Positions 43,301-58,300 of a stretch of DNA of 64,000 nt are shown one piece after another. How positions within the stretch are numbered: the stretch's first letter is position 1; every line of letters starts with the position of its first letter. The stretch is from the NCBI RefSeq assembly GCF_004010195.1, contig NC_057718.1, positions 36,517,809 to 36,581,808 of the forward strand. Direction: 5' to 3'. The notes under the pieces were generated by a model that saw nothing but the letters and a program-made list of their open reading frames with translations, searched no databases and had not been told where the DNA came from. The stretch is from Chiloscyllium plagiosum (lineage: Eukaryota). Both the position numbers and the translations under genes were made by a program.

Positions 43301-46300
43301 TTGAAGATATTACTAACACTGAGTTGAGGGAAACATTTTGCATCACAGCTAGCAAGAAGGTAAATCTGAATTACAGTAGCGCAGAGGGAAGAGAGTCAAG
43401 GTAGTTATAAGAAGCAAGATCAGCTCAGACAGAATATGACAGCTGATACAAAGAAAGCTAGAGAAAGCTCTCAATCCAAGACTACGAAAATAGGGGGGGA
43501 CTTGGTTGATGATGGCAAAGGGAGAATGCAGAGACAAATGAACAGATTACTTTGATATTAATGACAAGTAAATTCATTAATCTCAGTGTGTAGATGGGAG
43601 AATGAATGAGGTTTTAGGAAGCAATTGCTCGTGAAGAAAATTTGCAGGATGAGCTACCTTCTCTGTTCATGACAATAGTGTTGAGTAGCTTTGATAGAAT
43701 AAAAAAAAAGGCAACATTGCCCAGCTAGCAACCATACTGCACTGCTTGGGCTAAAGGAGACAACCAGAGTGGGAGACAGACAGCAATTAAACTGGAGACA
43801 AAGGCATCAAAAGTGGAGGCATAGGAGTGTTTGAGCAATTTGAAGAATGTAGGAATATCAAGACAAATGACTTATCGATGGTTAAACCTTTAGTACATTA
43901 ATTTTCTCTTTAACTGCATTTCTGCCAGTACTGTCTTGATGAGTATAAGGACATTAGTTTTTAATATCTATGACTTTGGAGCCCAGAAGGGATGTTTCAA
44001 GAACATTGTTTTCAAACCAAAGACAGGCTCAACCTGCAACAGAATGTTCATACCAGTCTGACAAGAAAATAGTTAAACTACAGTTGAAAATGCCAAGATT
44101 ACTACAGCATTTTCAGTTTGTGAAAATAACTTGAAGTATAAAGGAGGAACTATTCAGATTTTACATTTTTTTCTAATTAGTCTTTCTAACATTCAAGGTT
44201 AGAGATCTACTGACAGGAAAGTTTCTTTCTTCTGTGGTAGAAAAAATACAGGAGAAAGTGAGGTCTGCAGATGCTGGAGATCAAAGTTGAAACTTTATTG
44301 CTGGAACAGCACAGCAGGTCAGGCAGCATCCAGGGAACAGGAGATTCGACGTTTCGGGCACAGGCCCTTCTTCAGGAATGAGCAGAGAGTGTTCAGCAGG
44401 AGAAGATAAAAGGTAGGGAGGAGGGACTTGGAGGAGGTGAGGTCACCCTCACCTTGACCTCTTTCCACCTATCACATTTAGCAGTCTTCTTCTTGACCTG
44501 CAGTCTTCTTCTTGACCTCTCCGCCTCCATCCTACTCCGACCTATCACCCTCACCTTGACCTCTTTCCACCTATCACATTTCCAACTCCCCTCCTCCAAG
44601 TCCCTCCTCCCTACCTTTTATCTTCTCCTGCTGAACACTCTCTGCTCATTCCTGAAGAAGGGCCTGTGCCCGAAACGTCGAATCTCCTGTTCCCTGGATG
44701 CTGCCTGACCTGCTGTGCTGTTCCAGCAATAAAGTTTCAACGTAGAAAAATTACAACCAAACTCAAAGATAGCTGATTCAAGAATTAACACTTCTTAACA
44801 ATTGTTTATTTAGCAGAAGGAATAAGGTTTCTTCAGTTCATTTTTGAATATTGTAAGCAAATTATGTCAAATTCTTAGAAATGAATCAGCCATGTACAAT
44901 AAGTAACAAGGATTCTTGGCTACAAACAGGACTTGCCTTCCGCTTTGCTCTGCTCTTGCAAATCTTGACTACATCAATTTCCAGTTCCCAAGCCCTGAAA
45001 TTTTTAATTTATATCAGCTTGTGAAGAGTTATGCCCTATATCCTCTGTTGGGGATTAACACAATTTAGTTTTCACTCGCAAAATTACTTTGTTTCTTAAC
45101 TTGGACACAAGATAGTATGGAACACAGTATTCTTGAAGTGCTTCGTTGGTGTGTGTCAAAACTTACCCCAAAGATTCCCTGTTTTCTAGCAAGTGAGTTT
45201 CCATTCCATGTCCAGAAAAAGACATGTGATTTACCACAAGTTACTATTGTGTTGGGGTCTGTAGGGTGAAAATCAGCAGCAAGTACTGACTCATTGGTAC
45301 TCTGTTAGACAAAACGTATTGCATTAATCATATGAGCTGGCAAATAAAAATAAATCTCTTTTCTTAGTCACATGAAAATCAGGATTCCTGTACAGGAAAC
45401 TTTAATTCTCTCTCACTGATACATGATGCAAACTACATTAGCTTGACAAAACTTCCGACTTGAATTTTTAACTTTTCTATTATACAATATTTCTACAATG
45501 AAATAATTAGCATTCTTTACAGCGTATTATTTTACTTTTTTTAAAAAAATACTAAACTGAAGAAAATTCTAGGAAATGGAACAGTTTTCTTTACATGAAC
45601 TGAGTTTCCGGCTACCAATGAGATTATTTCTTTCTCCAATTCAAAAAGAATAACCTATTTTATCCAAGTGAAATTTTAATTTTTTTTAAAAAAAAACCTT
45701 GCAGAGACAGGATGTTTCCCCTGGCTGCTGACTCCAGAACCTGGGGACATAATCTCAGGATAAGGGGCAATGTACTTAAGGCTGAGATGAAGAGGAATTT
45801 CTTCATTCAGAGTGTGATGAATCTTTTGAATTCTCTACCCCAGAGGGCTGTAGAAGCTCAATCATTACACAGGTTCATGACTGAAATCAATAAGCTTCTG
45901 CAGACTACAGATAAGAAGTGGTATGGGGATGGTGAGAGACAGTAGCAAAAAGCATTTGAGAGATGAATATCCATGATCTCAAATGGTGGGGACAGGCTCA
46001 ATGAGCTCATGAACAACTCCTGCTGCTATTGAGGTGAGAAGTTTGCCTGACAACATCTCAGAATCTTGCAGCACTAATGGAGAACCATTCAGTTTATTCT
46101 TCTTTTGCTTGCTATTTGATGGAGTTGCTCAAGTTAGTTTGTGAACACCTATGTCCTAGTGGGATTTATGAAATTCACTTACAAGTTGCAGAATTTGTCT
46201 GCTTCTTAAATTAGAGGAAAAGCAGCATGGCTACATTTCTCAAAAGTTGAATACAACAGTATTATTCTAATCCAGCAACCTAGACTTTTATTGATTAGCA

Positions 46301-49300
46301 AGTATGAACTAGATCAAGTCCACATTTACCACGATGGGTACTGCCAATTTTAATATTTCACTGTAAATGCAAAATCAGGTCAAGTTTACTAAACTTTCAT
46401 GGATGTTGAACTGCAACAATGAGAATATTTCACTCATTTAAATCAGCAACTTCATGATGTATACTACAAAATGAGAATGACCAAATAGGTTTATTTCTGT
46501 GAAGCTCACACACATACCTTTATTTCAGCGATTTTGGACTTTTTCTGCCATTCCCACACAGTAAGCATGTGTTCATTGGAGTCATCGACTACACACAAAT
46601 GAGTACCTGAGTCCTAATGTTTCAAAAACAAAATAAAAGCACTTGAACACATGTAATGTCAGCCTTATAAAGTTTAATAGTAAAAGATACATAGACAAAG
46701 TGAAAACACAAATATATTCAGTACTGGTCAGAAGTTGACATTTGTGTGTGCAAATTTCAAAGTCAAACATAATATTAATGCTGCTTTGTGTTAGATTCAA
46801 GACATACACTCCAGATTTGTTTACAGATGTAGAAGCAGGCTTCTGTGCTTTAACTAAGCTTCCACACTCTCAGCTTCCTATGTCGTCTGAAGTCAATTTT
46901 TGTTTGAACTAATTTCTTTGATGTCTCTTGTGATGTTTTACTATGACAGAATCTTAAAACAATTTGTTATGAGACAAGCTGCGTGGAAATTTAAATCATA
47001 ATACATTTAGATTGGAATTGAAGGTAGACAAGTCCCCGGGCCCGATAGCCACATCCATGGGTCTTAAAGGAAATGGCAAGATGTAACTTGTGGGGTGCCA
47101 CAGCGTTCAGCCCTTGTTCCCCAATTATTTACAATGTAAATGATTTGGATGTAAGGACAGAAGGTACGATAGCCAAATTTTCAGATGAAACTAAAATACG
47201 TAGGTAAGTAAGTTGCAGTAATGAAACAAGAAATTTAAAAATGGATATGAATAGATAAGTTGAAGGGACCGAAAGGTGGCAGATGGAGTTTAATTTGGAT
47301 AAGTGAGAGGTTATAATTTTGGTCAGAAAAATAAAGGAAATTATCTAAATGGAGAGAAACTTCAGAGTTTGGACAAATTTGACTGTTGCTGCTTTACACA
47401 CCTCCCTCCCTAGCCCTACCTACTGAAAGGCCATTCCCCTCAACAGTATCCAAAGCGGTACACCTGTTTTATAGGTGAAAGGTTACCAGAGATGCCTACA
47501 CTGTCTGCCTAGTCCTGTTGTTCCACTCCATTGACACCCATTCCTCTCCTGCCTGTGGAGCCTTATTCTTAGAGTGACCACTTCCCTGTGCATGTTATCC
47601 ACATCCATTTCAGACTCATGGATGCATCACAGTGTCCCCCAAGTACTGCTCCAGCTCTGAAACTCATACTTCCAAGAGCTGCAGTTGGCAGCAACTTTTG
47701 CAAACCTTCTTACTCTGGTTACTGGAAATCTTCCCAGTTTTGCACAGAGTAAGAGGAGTATGTCGTGGCTTTGTGCTCTCCTGCTAGGACTACTCCTTTA
47801 AATTAAACCTTTTGGAAAATTCTTAATATCAAATAATATCACTCTAATAATACAATATTACTACTCTATGGTCTTATTTCCTGGACCTCGTGACTATAGG
47901 ACATAATACTTACAAACTATAAACCATAAAATAAAAGACCTTACAAGTTATGAACCATAAAGAAGGAAAAACAAAAGCTCAAAGCATCTCTTTCACTCTG
48001 CACCAAATTCCCACTGTAGCTACATACACATTCTCTGGCTGTGCTCTTCCAAACTGCTTGTGTGCAAACTGTTTCTGGTCTGATATGGTTTATAGAATAC
48101 TTCCACATCAGGATAGTTCCACATCAGGGATGAAATTGAATCTACTTGTATCCATGCCAGTAAAATACACTGCTGGGGTAACAACTTCATACTGTTTCTG
48201 AATTAGGTTACGTCATGCTATTTAATTTAAATCTTATTGTTGGGATGCTTGACATTACCCGTAAGAATATCAATCAGAAGATACTGGATCAGTAAACAAC
48301 TAAAAACTGTAGATGTTGGAAATCAGAAAGCAAAACAGAAATTGCAGGAAAAACTTAAGAGTCCTCAGCAAAATGTTCTGAAGGAGGATCACTGGACCAG
48401 AAATATTAACTCTGCATTCTCTCCATAAATGCTGCTGGGTCTGCTGAATTTTTCCAGCAATTTCTGTTTTTGTTACTGGATCACTGCTAGAAGGAATGAC
48501 CTGAGCTGATTTTATGTTTCCTTGACCTTGCATTCAATTTTGTTTGGCCATGTCCAAGGTGGAGATCAATTTTTACAGTAGAGAGTTAGAGCTGAAAGCC
48601 TGGATCATTCTGGTCTGTACAATTTAATGTCCACTGGACTATTTTTGTCTTTTTTGCTGATGTCCTTTATGGTTACATCAAAGTATTTCAGATGGAAGAA
48701 GGCAAAATCAACAGTAATTTCTATCAATACATGTGCAGAAGCATTTTCCAATCAGACTTGCCAGCATAAATAATAGTTCCAAGTTGATTTTGACTTAGAG
48801 CAACTTTTCCTCTACATCAAATCTGGATATACTGAACAAACATTGTGAAGAATGAATCATTGGTTAAAATATTCAATTTCAAATTTACTGTTCTGCATAG
48901 CATCAATTAAAGTAACTAATATCTTTGAACAAAGGTATCAAGAAAAATAAATTATTTATTTTCAAAAGTGACTGTTTCAGCATTTATAACTCTTGACTTA
49001 TGAGCATGATTAGACAGTACTATTAAATTATCTTTCCATTCGGTGAATACTCAAAGCAAAAGTAGTTCATCCCCAGAAGCAATTGACACGAATGCAAATA
49101 TAAAACATGCTGCTGTAAAATATGCTGCAATAAATTGAAGTACATTAATGCTTCCATACTTACTGCTTTTGAGAAGGCCAATGAACCAACACCTCGTTCA
49201 AAAGTTCCAAGACCAATTATTTGTAGGGTTGCTAGGCTAACTGAATCCCACACTCGCACATGAGGCTGTAGGGGCTGAATAGAAAAAAAGGCTTAAGTAT

Positions 49301-52300
49301 TGAAATGAACAATTGCTTATTTTGCAAACGTATTTTCCACAGTCAAAGTAGAACTACTAAGTGGATAAAGTGGTCACACAAGTGAATAAGGTGGCCAAGA
49401 AGACATATGGCATTCTTATGGCATAGAGTATAAAAATTGGCAAGTTATGCTGCAGCTATATAAAATGTTAGTCAGGCCACTTTTGGAATATCGTGTGCAG
49501 TGCTGGCCACCACACTACCAAAAGGATGTGGAGGCTTTAGATAGGGTTCATAAACAGTTTACTAGGATGTTGACTGGCTTGGAGAGTATCAGTAATGAGG
49601 AGAGACTGGACAAAGTTGGTTTGTTTTCACTTGAATGTTGAAGGATGAGGGGCAACCTGACAGGCATTTACAAAATTATGAAAGACTTGAATACAATGGA
49701 TAGTCGGAATCCTTTTTCCCCAGGGTTGAAATGTCAATTACTAGGGGACATAGGTTTAAGGGAAAAGGGGGTAAGTTTAAAGGAGATGCGAGGGCCAATA
49801 TTCTTAAAAAAAGACAGTAGTCAATGCCTGGAGTGTACTGCCAGAGATGGATACAATAGCAATGTTTAAGGGGCATTTTGAAAGATGCACAAGTTGGCAG
49901 GAAATCGAGGGATGTTGACCATGTCCAGGCATAATATTTTTAGTTTAGAAAAGCATGGGTAAGCACAGTCCTGGTGAACCAAAGGGCCTGTTCCTGTGCT
50001 GTGCTTTGTTCTTTAAGGTGCATAAACAAAATGACTGCATGAGATACAAATGATTCCTTGAAAATGTAGAACACTATGAAAAATAATATTTTGCTCTCTG
50101 AATAACCCAGTAAATTTATTTAGCTAAATCACAGACCAAGATAATTTCAGTTTAATCCCTTATTTATATTGAGTCAATTGGCAGCTTGGAAGCATTGTAA
50201 CAAACTTCAAAAATTTTTTTGAGTTAGGTAACTCAAATTCCCAATTGTTCTTGTGCAATCCTACATGAAGTCACAGTCTAAAGAAGTTTGCAGATGACAC
50301 CAAAATTGGAGACTTAGTGGACAGCAAAGGTTACCTCAGAGTACAACAGGACCTTGATCAGATGGGCCAATGAGTGATAGGTGGAGTTTAATTTAAATAA
50401 ATATGAGGTGCTGCATTTTGGAAAGGCAAATCTTAGCAGGACGTATACACTTAATGGTAAGGTCCGAGGGAGTGTTGCTGAATAAAGAGACCTTGGAGTG
50501 CAGGTTCATTGCTCCTTGAAAGTTGAGTCCCAGGTAGATAGGATAGTGAAGGCGGCGTTTGGTCAGTGCATTGAGTATAGGAGTTGGGAGGTCATGTTGT
50601 GGCTAGACAGGACATTGGAAAGGCCATTTTTGGAATATTGTGTGCAATTCTGGTCTTCCTGCTATAGAAAGGACGTTGTGAAACTTGAAAGGGTTCAGAA
50701 AAGATTGACAAGGATGTTGCCTGGATTTGAGCTATAGAGAGAGGCTGAACAGGTTGGGGCTATCTTCCGTGGTACATTGGAGGCTGAGGGGTAGCCTTAT
50801 AGGAGGTTTATAAATCATGAGGAGCATGGGTCGAATGAATAGCCAAGATCTTTTCCACGAAGTGGGCGAGTCCAAAACTAGAAGCCATAGGTTTAAGGTG
50901 AGAGAGGAAATATTTTAAAGTGATCCAAGGGATAACTTTTCATGCAGAGGGTAGTACATGCATGGCATGAGCTGCCAGATGAAGTTGTGCAGGCTGGTAC
51001 AATTCCAACATTTAAAAGGCATCTAGATGGGTAAATGAATAGGAAGAGTTTGAGAGAGACATGGGCCAAATGCTGGCAAATGGAACCAGATTAATTTAGG
51101 ATATCTGGTTGGCATAGACAGGTCGTACCGAAAGGTCTGTTTACATGCTGTGTATGTTTATGACAATTATATGGGGTAAGCCATTTAAGACTGAGGGGAG
51201 GAGAAATTTCTTCACCCAGAGAGCAGTGAGCCTCTGGAATTCTCTACTACAAAGTGATTGAAGCAAAGATGTTGAATGTTTTCAAGAACAAGATAGATAT
51301 GGTTCTTAAGGCTTAAGGGATCAAAGGGTATGAGGAGAAAGTGAGAACAGACTGAGTTGGATGATCAGCCAAGATCATATTGAATGGTGGAACATGCTTG
51401 AAGGGTTGAATGGCTTACTCCTGCTTCTACTTTCTAGGTTTCTATGAAACCTAGAAGATTATTGTCAAGTTTGGCATTTGTATACCCATTGCAAGGGATC
51501 AATATGTTGGACTCTCAACTAAGTTTAATCCAAGAACAACAGATGTACAGGAGAGGATGTTGCGAAGAATAGTAGTAAAATGGATAGGAATGAAGGCTGA
51601 AACAAATTAGCACAAAATGCAACTTAAGAAACTGATATGCATGATTAAATGCGAAATATTAGAAACATTACTGAGCATAGAGAGTTACTTAGTTGACTGA
51701 TTGAGATGCACCCAAAGACTACACCTGCATGTCAGATCAGTACCTGAACATTGCCATAAATAAGTCCAAACTAATTTACACATTAGAGTCTGTAAGAGAT
51801 TGTAGAGTTGAAGTCAGACAACATGGAGTGAATTGAAAGCAAGGATGAGGTTAAGGAGGACAGGGATAATGGGCAAGTCAGACAGCATATGGGCAGCAAT
51901 GCTTAACCTAAGATGGAGTTTGTAACAAATGAATGATTTGAGGTCAGAAAGAAAGAGATCAGAGCCAATTATCAAATGTATGGGTAAAGATCTAATTGGA
52001 GATGGGGATTGATGTAAGATCAGAAATCAGCAATTCGGAGCAGGTAGAATGCTTACAACAGACCAAAAGACAACAAGGAGTGATAGAGACAAATAAATAA
52101 TAGGTACAGAAAACAGTCTATACTGCTCACCTAGTTATGAGGAAGGAAATTAAATAATTAGAGTGGGCACCCCCTACGGGTTACTCTAATCCTTTCTCTT
52201 CCCTACAAGATATTAGTATACAGAAACTGAATAAAAGGGAAAGAGAAGTTTTCTTCTGCAGCAAGGTTTTCAGAGATTTCCTGACCAAAAGAAATAATCT

Positions 52301-55300
52301 GTATTACTTTCACTGCAATTGACCCCTTTCACAATTGTTTAAAATATTCACGGACAAAGCTTTTGTGAATTGGTACTGGCTCACTGAATACTTTCCGTAG
52401 CTTCCACCTTTCTGAAATAAATTTAATTCAGTCTAAGAGACCCTTACAGTTAGAGTTCACTTTACTGTTGGACTGCACTGGCTTTCATTTCTGTATCCAG
52501 AGTATAGTTCAACCAACCACACATGCAAAATTAAAATGTAACAGCTTAATTTTACAGCAGAGCATCATATTTCGTGCCAGATAATAGAGAATAAACTTTA
52601 AGATGAGACATATTATGAAAATTGTAGAATCGTAGAGAACAGAAAAGACCCTTCAGTTCATTGACTCTGTACCACCAAAAAAGAACTGTTCTAGAACATT
52701 AGTCTCACTTTCCCACTCTAGATCTATAGCCTTGAATGTATGAGCACTTTAAGTGCTCATCCAAGTACTTTTTAAAGCTAAAGTTTCCAGCCTCAACAAT
52801 CCTCCCTCGCAGGGTATTCCAGACTTCCACCATCCTCTTTTCCTCAAATCCCCTCTAAATCTCTTGCCTCATACTTGAAAACTATGCTCCCTAGTTACTG
52901 ACCTTCATCTAAAGAAAAAAGCTGCTTTCTATGCTCCTTATAATCTTATCCACCCCGTCAGGTCTTCTCTCAACCTTCCATACTCCTAAGAAAACCATCC
53001 AAGATTATCCACTGTTTCTTCATAACTGAAATACGCCATCCCAGGCAACATTCTGTTGAATCTCCTTTGAACCCCCGTCCAGCGCAATCAGATCCTCCCT
53101 TTAATTTGATATCCAGAACTACATACTGTACTCCAAAAACAGAGTTCTGTTCAGCTCCAACACGATCTCCCTGATATTATAATCTATGCTACAACTGATA
53201 AAGGCAAACCTCCCATATGCCTCCTTAACTATCCTTTTCTATTCTCTCATGGAACATGAGCATTGCTGATTGCTAATGCTCATCCCTAGCTGCCCTTGAA
53301 CAAATGGTGGTGAGCTAGCTTCCCGAACTGCTGCAGTCCAAGGGACGTAGGTTGACTCGCAATGCCCTTAGGGAGGAAATCCCAACATTTTGACCCAGCA
53401 ATACTGAAGGAACAGCAATATATTCCTGGCTGAATACATTTTAAAGCAATAACAGTACTTACTCTTCCATCTTTATCTACACCAGCTATCTGTCCTGTTG
53501 CAATCTTGATTTTGTCTGGATGAACTGCAAGGCTGCAATAAATTAGTCGAAACAGCATTAAGTACCTTAACACATTCTGCAAAAAAAAAGTTTTCATTTA
53601 GTATGCAATCATTTGCTGTGGGATAGTTTTTGTTCAGTGAACACAACTGTCAATCTTGGCTCTAGCTGAAATACGAGTGTCCAAGAATTACACTTCTAAA
53701 TGGATCAAAGTCAATAGAATAAAATCCTGAAGGAAAGTTCTTTTTCATTTGACATCAAATTTAATCCACAGCTTTCTGATCCCTTGGGGAACACCAATTT
53801 TCTTGCAAGTCAATATCATAGTGATTCAACAGTTAGCAATTCTAGCTGGAATTTTCTGCCACTTACAACTGTTTTTCTACTTTTTAAATTGCTTTGAAGC
53901 AAATTTCCAGTAACAGAACTCTAATTTAAGATTAGAAAAGTTCAGCCAATCCTTGTTACATCATCATCATTTGGTCGTATCTTTAAAATAGCAGCTTAAG
54001 CTTTCACTCTCTTCATCACAGACAACTATCATTTCAGTTCGTTCTACTTAGAGGATCCACGCCAGAGACTTGCTGAGGCCACATACAAAAAATACTAGGT
54101 GGGACAGTGCCTCAGCAGTTAGTACTGCTGCCTCACAGCATCAGGATCCCACGTTCAATTCCAGCCTCGGGCAACTGTCCATGTGGAGTTTGCATGTTCT
54201 CCCCCTTGTCTGTGTGGGTTTTCTTCCACAGTCCGAACATGCTCAGGTTAGGTGGGGTGGCAAGATAAAATTGTCCCACAATGTCCAGGGACATGCAGAC
54301 CATGAGCCATGGTAAAGCAGACTTCTGGAGATAGGATAGGGAGTTGGGTCTGGAGCGAATGTTTGGAGGACTGGTGCAGATCCAATGGGCTGAATGACCT
54401 CTTCTTACACTAGGGATTCTATGCTGAACAGATCTTTACTATTTTACTGTTTCGAATACTTTTCAACTTAGTTGATTTGTAAAGCATGTACGTTGTTGTG
54501 TATCTATAATCCACAAGCCTGATATTACCCTACATGTTTCCAACACATTGTCGCTGGTTACACATTCAACAGTACTAAATAGGGTCAGGATGGGAAAATT
54601 TGCACAGCCATAAGTATGATGCCGAGATGTGTGTCACTCATGCTGCAACACAATTTTAGTTCCAAGTATCACAAATTTTGTGCAATGTCACATTGTAATC
54701 CTGGCACAGTAATTTACTGAGAATTGGACTATGACAAGCTTATTAAATTTTTGTTGGGATTTCTTGTACACCAGGATGAGCAGCAGTATTCCACACCGCC
54801 CTGTGGCCCAACATTTCAACTTCTCCTCCCACTCAGCCGAGGACATGCAGATCCTGGGCCTCCTTCACCGCCGCTCTCTCACCACTCGACGCCTGGAGGA
54901 AGAATGCCTCATCTTCCACCTCGGAACACTTCAACCTCAGGGCATCAATGTGGACTTACCCTGCAGGCACTCTGCCTCTATTCCTGAAGAAGGGCTTTTG
55001 CCCGAAACGTCGATTTTCCCGCTCCTCGGATGCTGCCTGAACTGCTGTACTTTCCAGCACCACTCTGATCTAGATTCTGGTTTCCTGCATCTGCAGTCAT
55101 TGTTTTTACCGAGCAGCAGTATTCATCTGGTCCTAGCAAAAATTAATTTGACTACCTTTGTATGGCAGAACAGACTCAAAAGACTAAGTGGCTTACTTCT
55201 GTTCTTCCCACATACCAGAGCTGACAGCTCCTTGAAGTTTCCTTTTGAGACATCTGGCATTTGATTACCAACCAATGAGCCACTAGAAACATTTCCTCCT

Positions 55301-58300
55301 TATTAGCTATCAAAGCAGTGTATGATTTTCAACATCAATATTCTCTGAACCTCCTACACAAAAAGGAAAACAACCTCAGTTTTCCCAGAAACAAAAACAA
55401 AATCTGCTGAAAAATCTCAGCAGGTTTGGCAGCATCTGTGGAGAAAAATCAATTACGATTTCAGGTCCAGTGACATCCCTTCACAACTGAATGGGCTTTT
55501 TCAGGTTTCTCACAATCGAAGTCCCTCATTTCATGTTTTCATGAAAACTCTTTCATCATTCCTCCAAGGCAATGAACACATTAAAAAAATGAAATCTCAA
55601 ATGTAACACAATACTCCAGCAGAGGTCTGAGTGGGCAGGTTTAAACTCTACCGTCACTGATTCGTGACCTCTTTTGATGCAAGAATCTTGTGAAATAATT
55701 TCGGGTCCATATACATCGGGTATTGAGCGTCAGCCGAAATATGTGCAAGTTGTGTTGATTTCTAATTGGAAAATATAAAAAGTTGGCTGGCTCGATTTAA
55801 ACAAGACCTCAAAAATATGCCTTTTAGGTTTGAACTCCTCCATCCTAGTGAAAAGACATCTGCTATTCACCTTATCTCTGCCCTCATAATTTTATAAAAT
55901 CTGTATCATGTCAGCCCTCAATTTCATACATTCCAGTGAAAAAAGTCCCAGCCTACCCAGCCTCTCCTTATAACTCAAACCTTCCAGTCCCAGCAACATC
56001 TTTGTAAATCGTTCTGAAACCCTATCCAATTTAATGCTATCCTTCTTATAGCAAGGTGACCAGAACTGTATACAATACTCCAAAAGTGGCCTCACCAACA
56101 TCCTGTACAACAACAACGTGACATCCCAACTCTGATACTCAATGGTCTGAGTATTGAAGGAAAGTGTGCTAAAATGCCTTCCTAATCACCCAGTCTGTGA
56201 CACAACTTTCAAAGAACAGTATACCTGAACCATTCAGTCTGTCTGACAACACTTCCAAGGTCCTCCATTAACTGTAGGAGTCTGACCCCTGTTTATCTTA
56301 CCAAAATGCAACATCTCGCATTTATCTAAATTAAACTCTGCCTGCCACTCCTCAGCCTGTTGGCCAAATTGATCCAAGATTGCTTTGTAATCTTGGATAA
56401 TCTTCCTCACTGATGACCACACCTTCAATTGTGGGGTCATCTGCAAACTTACTAATTATACTTCCTAAATTCTCATCAAAATCATTGAAATAAATGACAA
56501 AGTGGACCCAGCATGGATCTTTGCGGAAAATCGGTGGTCATAGGCTTCCAGTCCAAAAACAATTCTCCACCACCACCCTCTGTCTCCTACCATCAAGCCA
56601 ATTTTGTATCTAATGGGCTAACCAGTCTACCACTTGGAACCTCGTTAAAGGCTTTACTTAAGTAAATGTTAACAACATCGACCACTCTGCCTTCATTTAT
56701 CTTTCTGGTCACATCCTCAAAAGACTCGATAATCAAGTTTGAGAGGCAAATTTCCCACACACAAAGCCACACTGACTGTTCCTAATCGGTCTCTGCCTCT
56801 CCAAATACACACAAATCCTATCTTTCAGAATCCCCTATCCAACAACTTATCTATCACTGATGGCAGAGTCACAGAGTTCCCAGGCTTCTCCTTACAGCCT
56901 TTCTTTAAAAAAGGGCACATCAACCACACTCCAGGCTCTGGCACCTCATGTGTGGCTGTAGATTTCTGCTCGGGACCCTGCAATTTCTTCCCTAGCTTCC
57001 TGCAATGTCCTGGGATACATTCGATCAGGCCTTGGAGATTTATCCAACCTTATGTTTTTTAAAGACCTCCAGAACTTCCACTTCTGTAATATGGAAGGTT
57101 TTCAAGACATTTGTTTTCAACATTTATTTCCCCCAAGTTCCCTAGCCTCCATGTCTTTCACCACAGTTAATACTAACAAAATGTTTATTTAGTATCTTTC
57201 CTGTCTCCTGTGGTTCAACGCTCATTGATTTTAAGAGGTCCTGTTCTCTCCCAAGTTGCTCTTCTTGTATTCGCAGAATCTCTTTGGATTATACTCTCAT
57301 ATCCCTCTTTTTGCCCTCCTGATTTCCCTCTTAAGAATGCCCATACTCCCCTTACACTCTTCTGGGAAATAACCTGATCCCAGCTGTCTGTTCCTGACAT
57401 AGGCCTCTTTCTTATCATCGACCAGAGCCTCAATGTCTCTATTCACCCATTGTTCCATGATCCTATAAGCCTTTGCCTTCACGCTAACAGGAACATATGT
57501 TTTATCTCACTTTTGAAAATCTCCCACTTGACAGGCATTGCTGCAAACAGTCTATGCCAGCCATTGTTTGAAAGTTCCTGTCTCATACCATTGACATTGG
57601 CCTTACTCCAATTTAGAACTTTAACTTTTATACAAGGTCTATCCTTTTCCATAACTATTTTAAAACTAATAGAATTATGATCACTGCTCCCAAAATGCTC
57701 CTCCACAAACACTTCAGTCACTTGCCCTACCTTATTTCCCAAGAGATGTCCAAGTTTTGCTCCTTCTCTAATAGGTACTTCTACATATTTACCAAGGCAA
57801 TTTTCTTGAACACAACTTCCTCCCAATCTAAGCCCTGAACAAATATATTGATCATTGTGGGGGAGAATGGAAAAAAAGAGCATATCACAGCAAAGTCCCA
57901 AGTTGATTGGTCAGTGAGTATCTACCTTAAGGATGTGTGCATATAGCTGGGTTAGTTCACTACTTTTAAAAAAAATGCATATAAATGTCTAGATTATTAA
58001 GAACCCCAGAAATTTTACTTATTTTAGCTAACTCTATGAAATGCATAGGAGAAAAAATGGATTGGTGAATAAGGTTGAGTGATCTGAGTTCCTAACAATT
58101 AATTTATAGAGAATAGTCTAAAGGCAGGCTAAGATTGTTAGGGGAGTTCAATTGTGTGAAACATCCCTCCAGGGAGGCATGTGGAATCATTAATGGCTCA
58201 TGTGACCTACATGAACATGTGCAGAAAATGACTCATCTGTGAGAAGGCGTCCATTATCCCTTCTTATATTGACTAATGCATTTTCTGCATAAGAATACAA

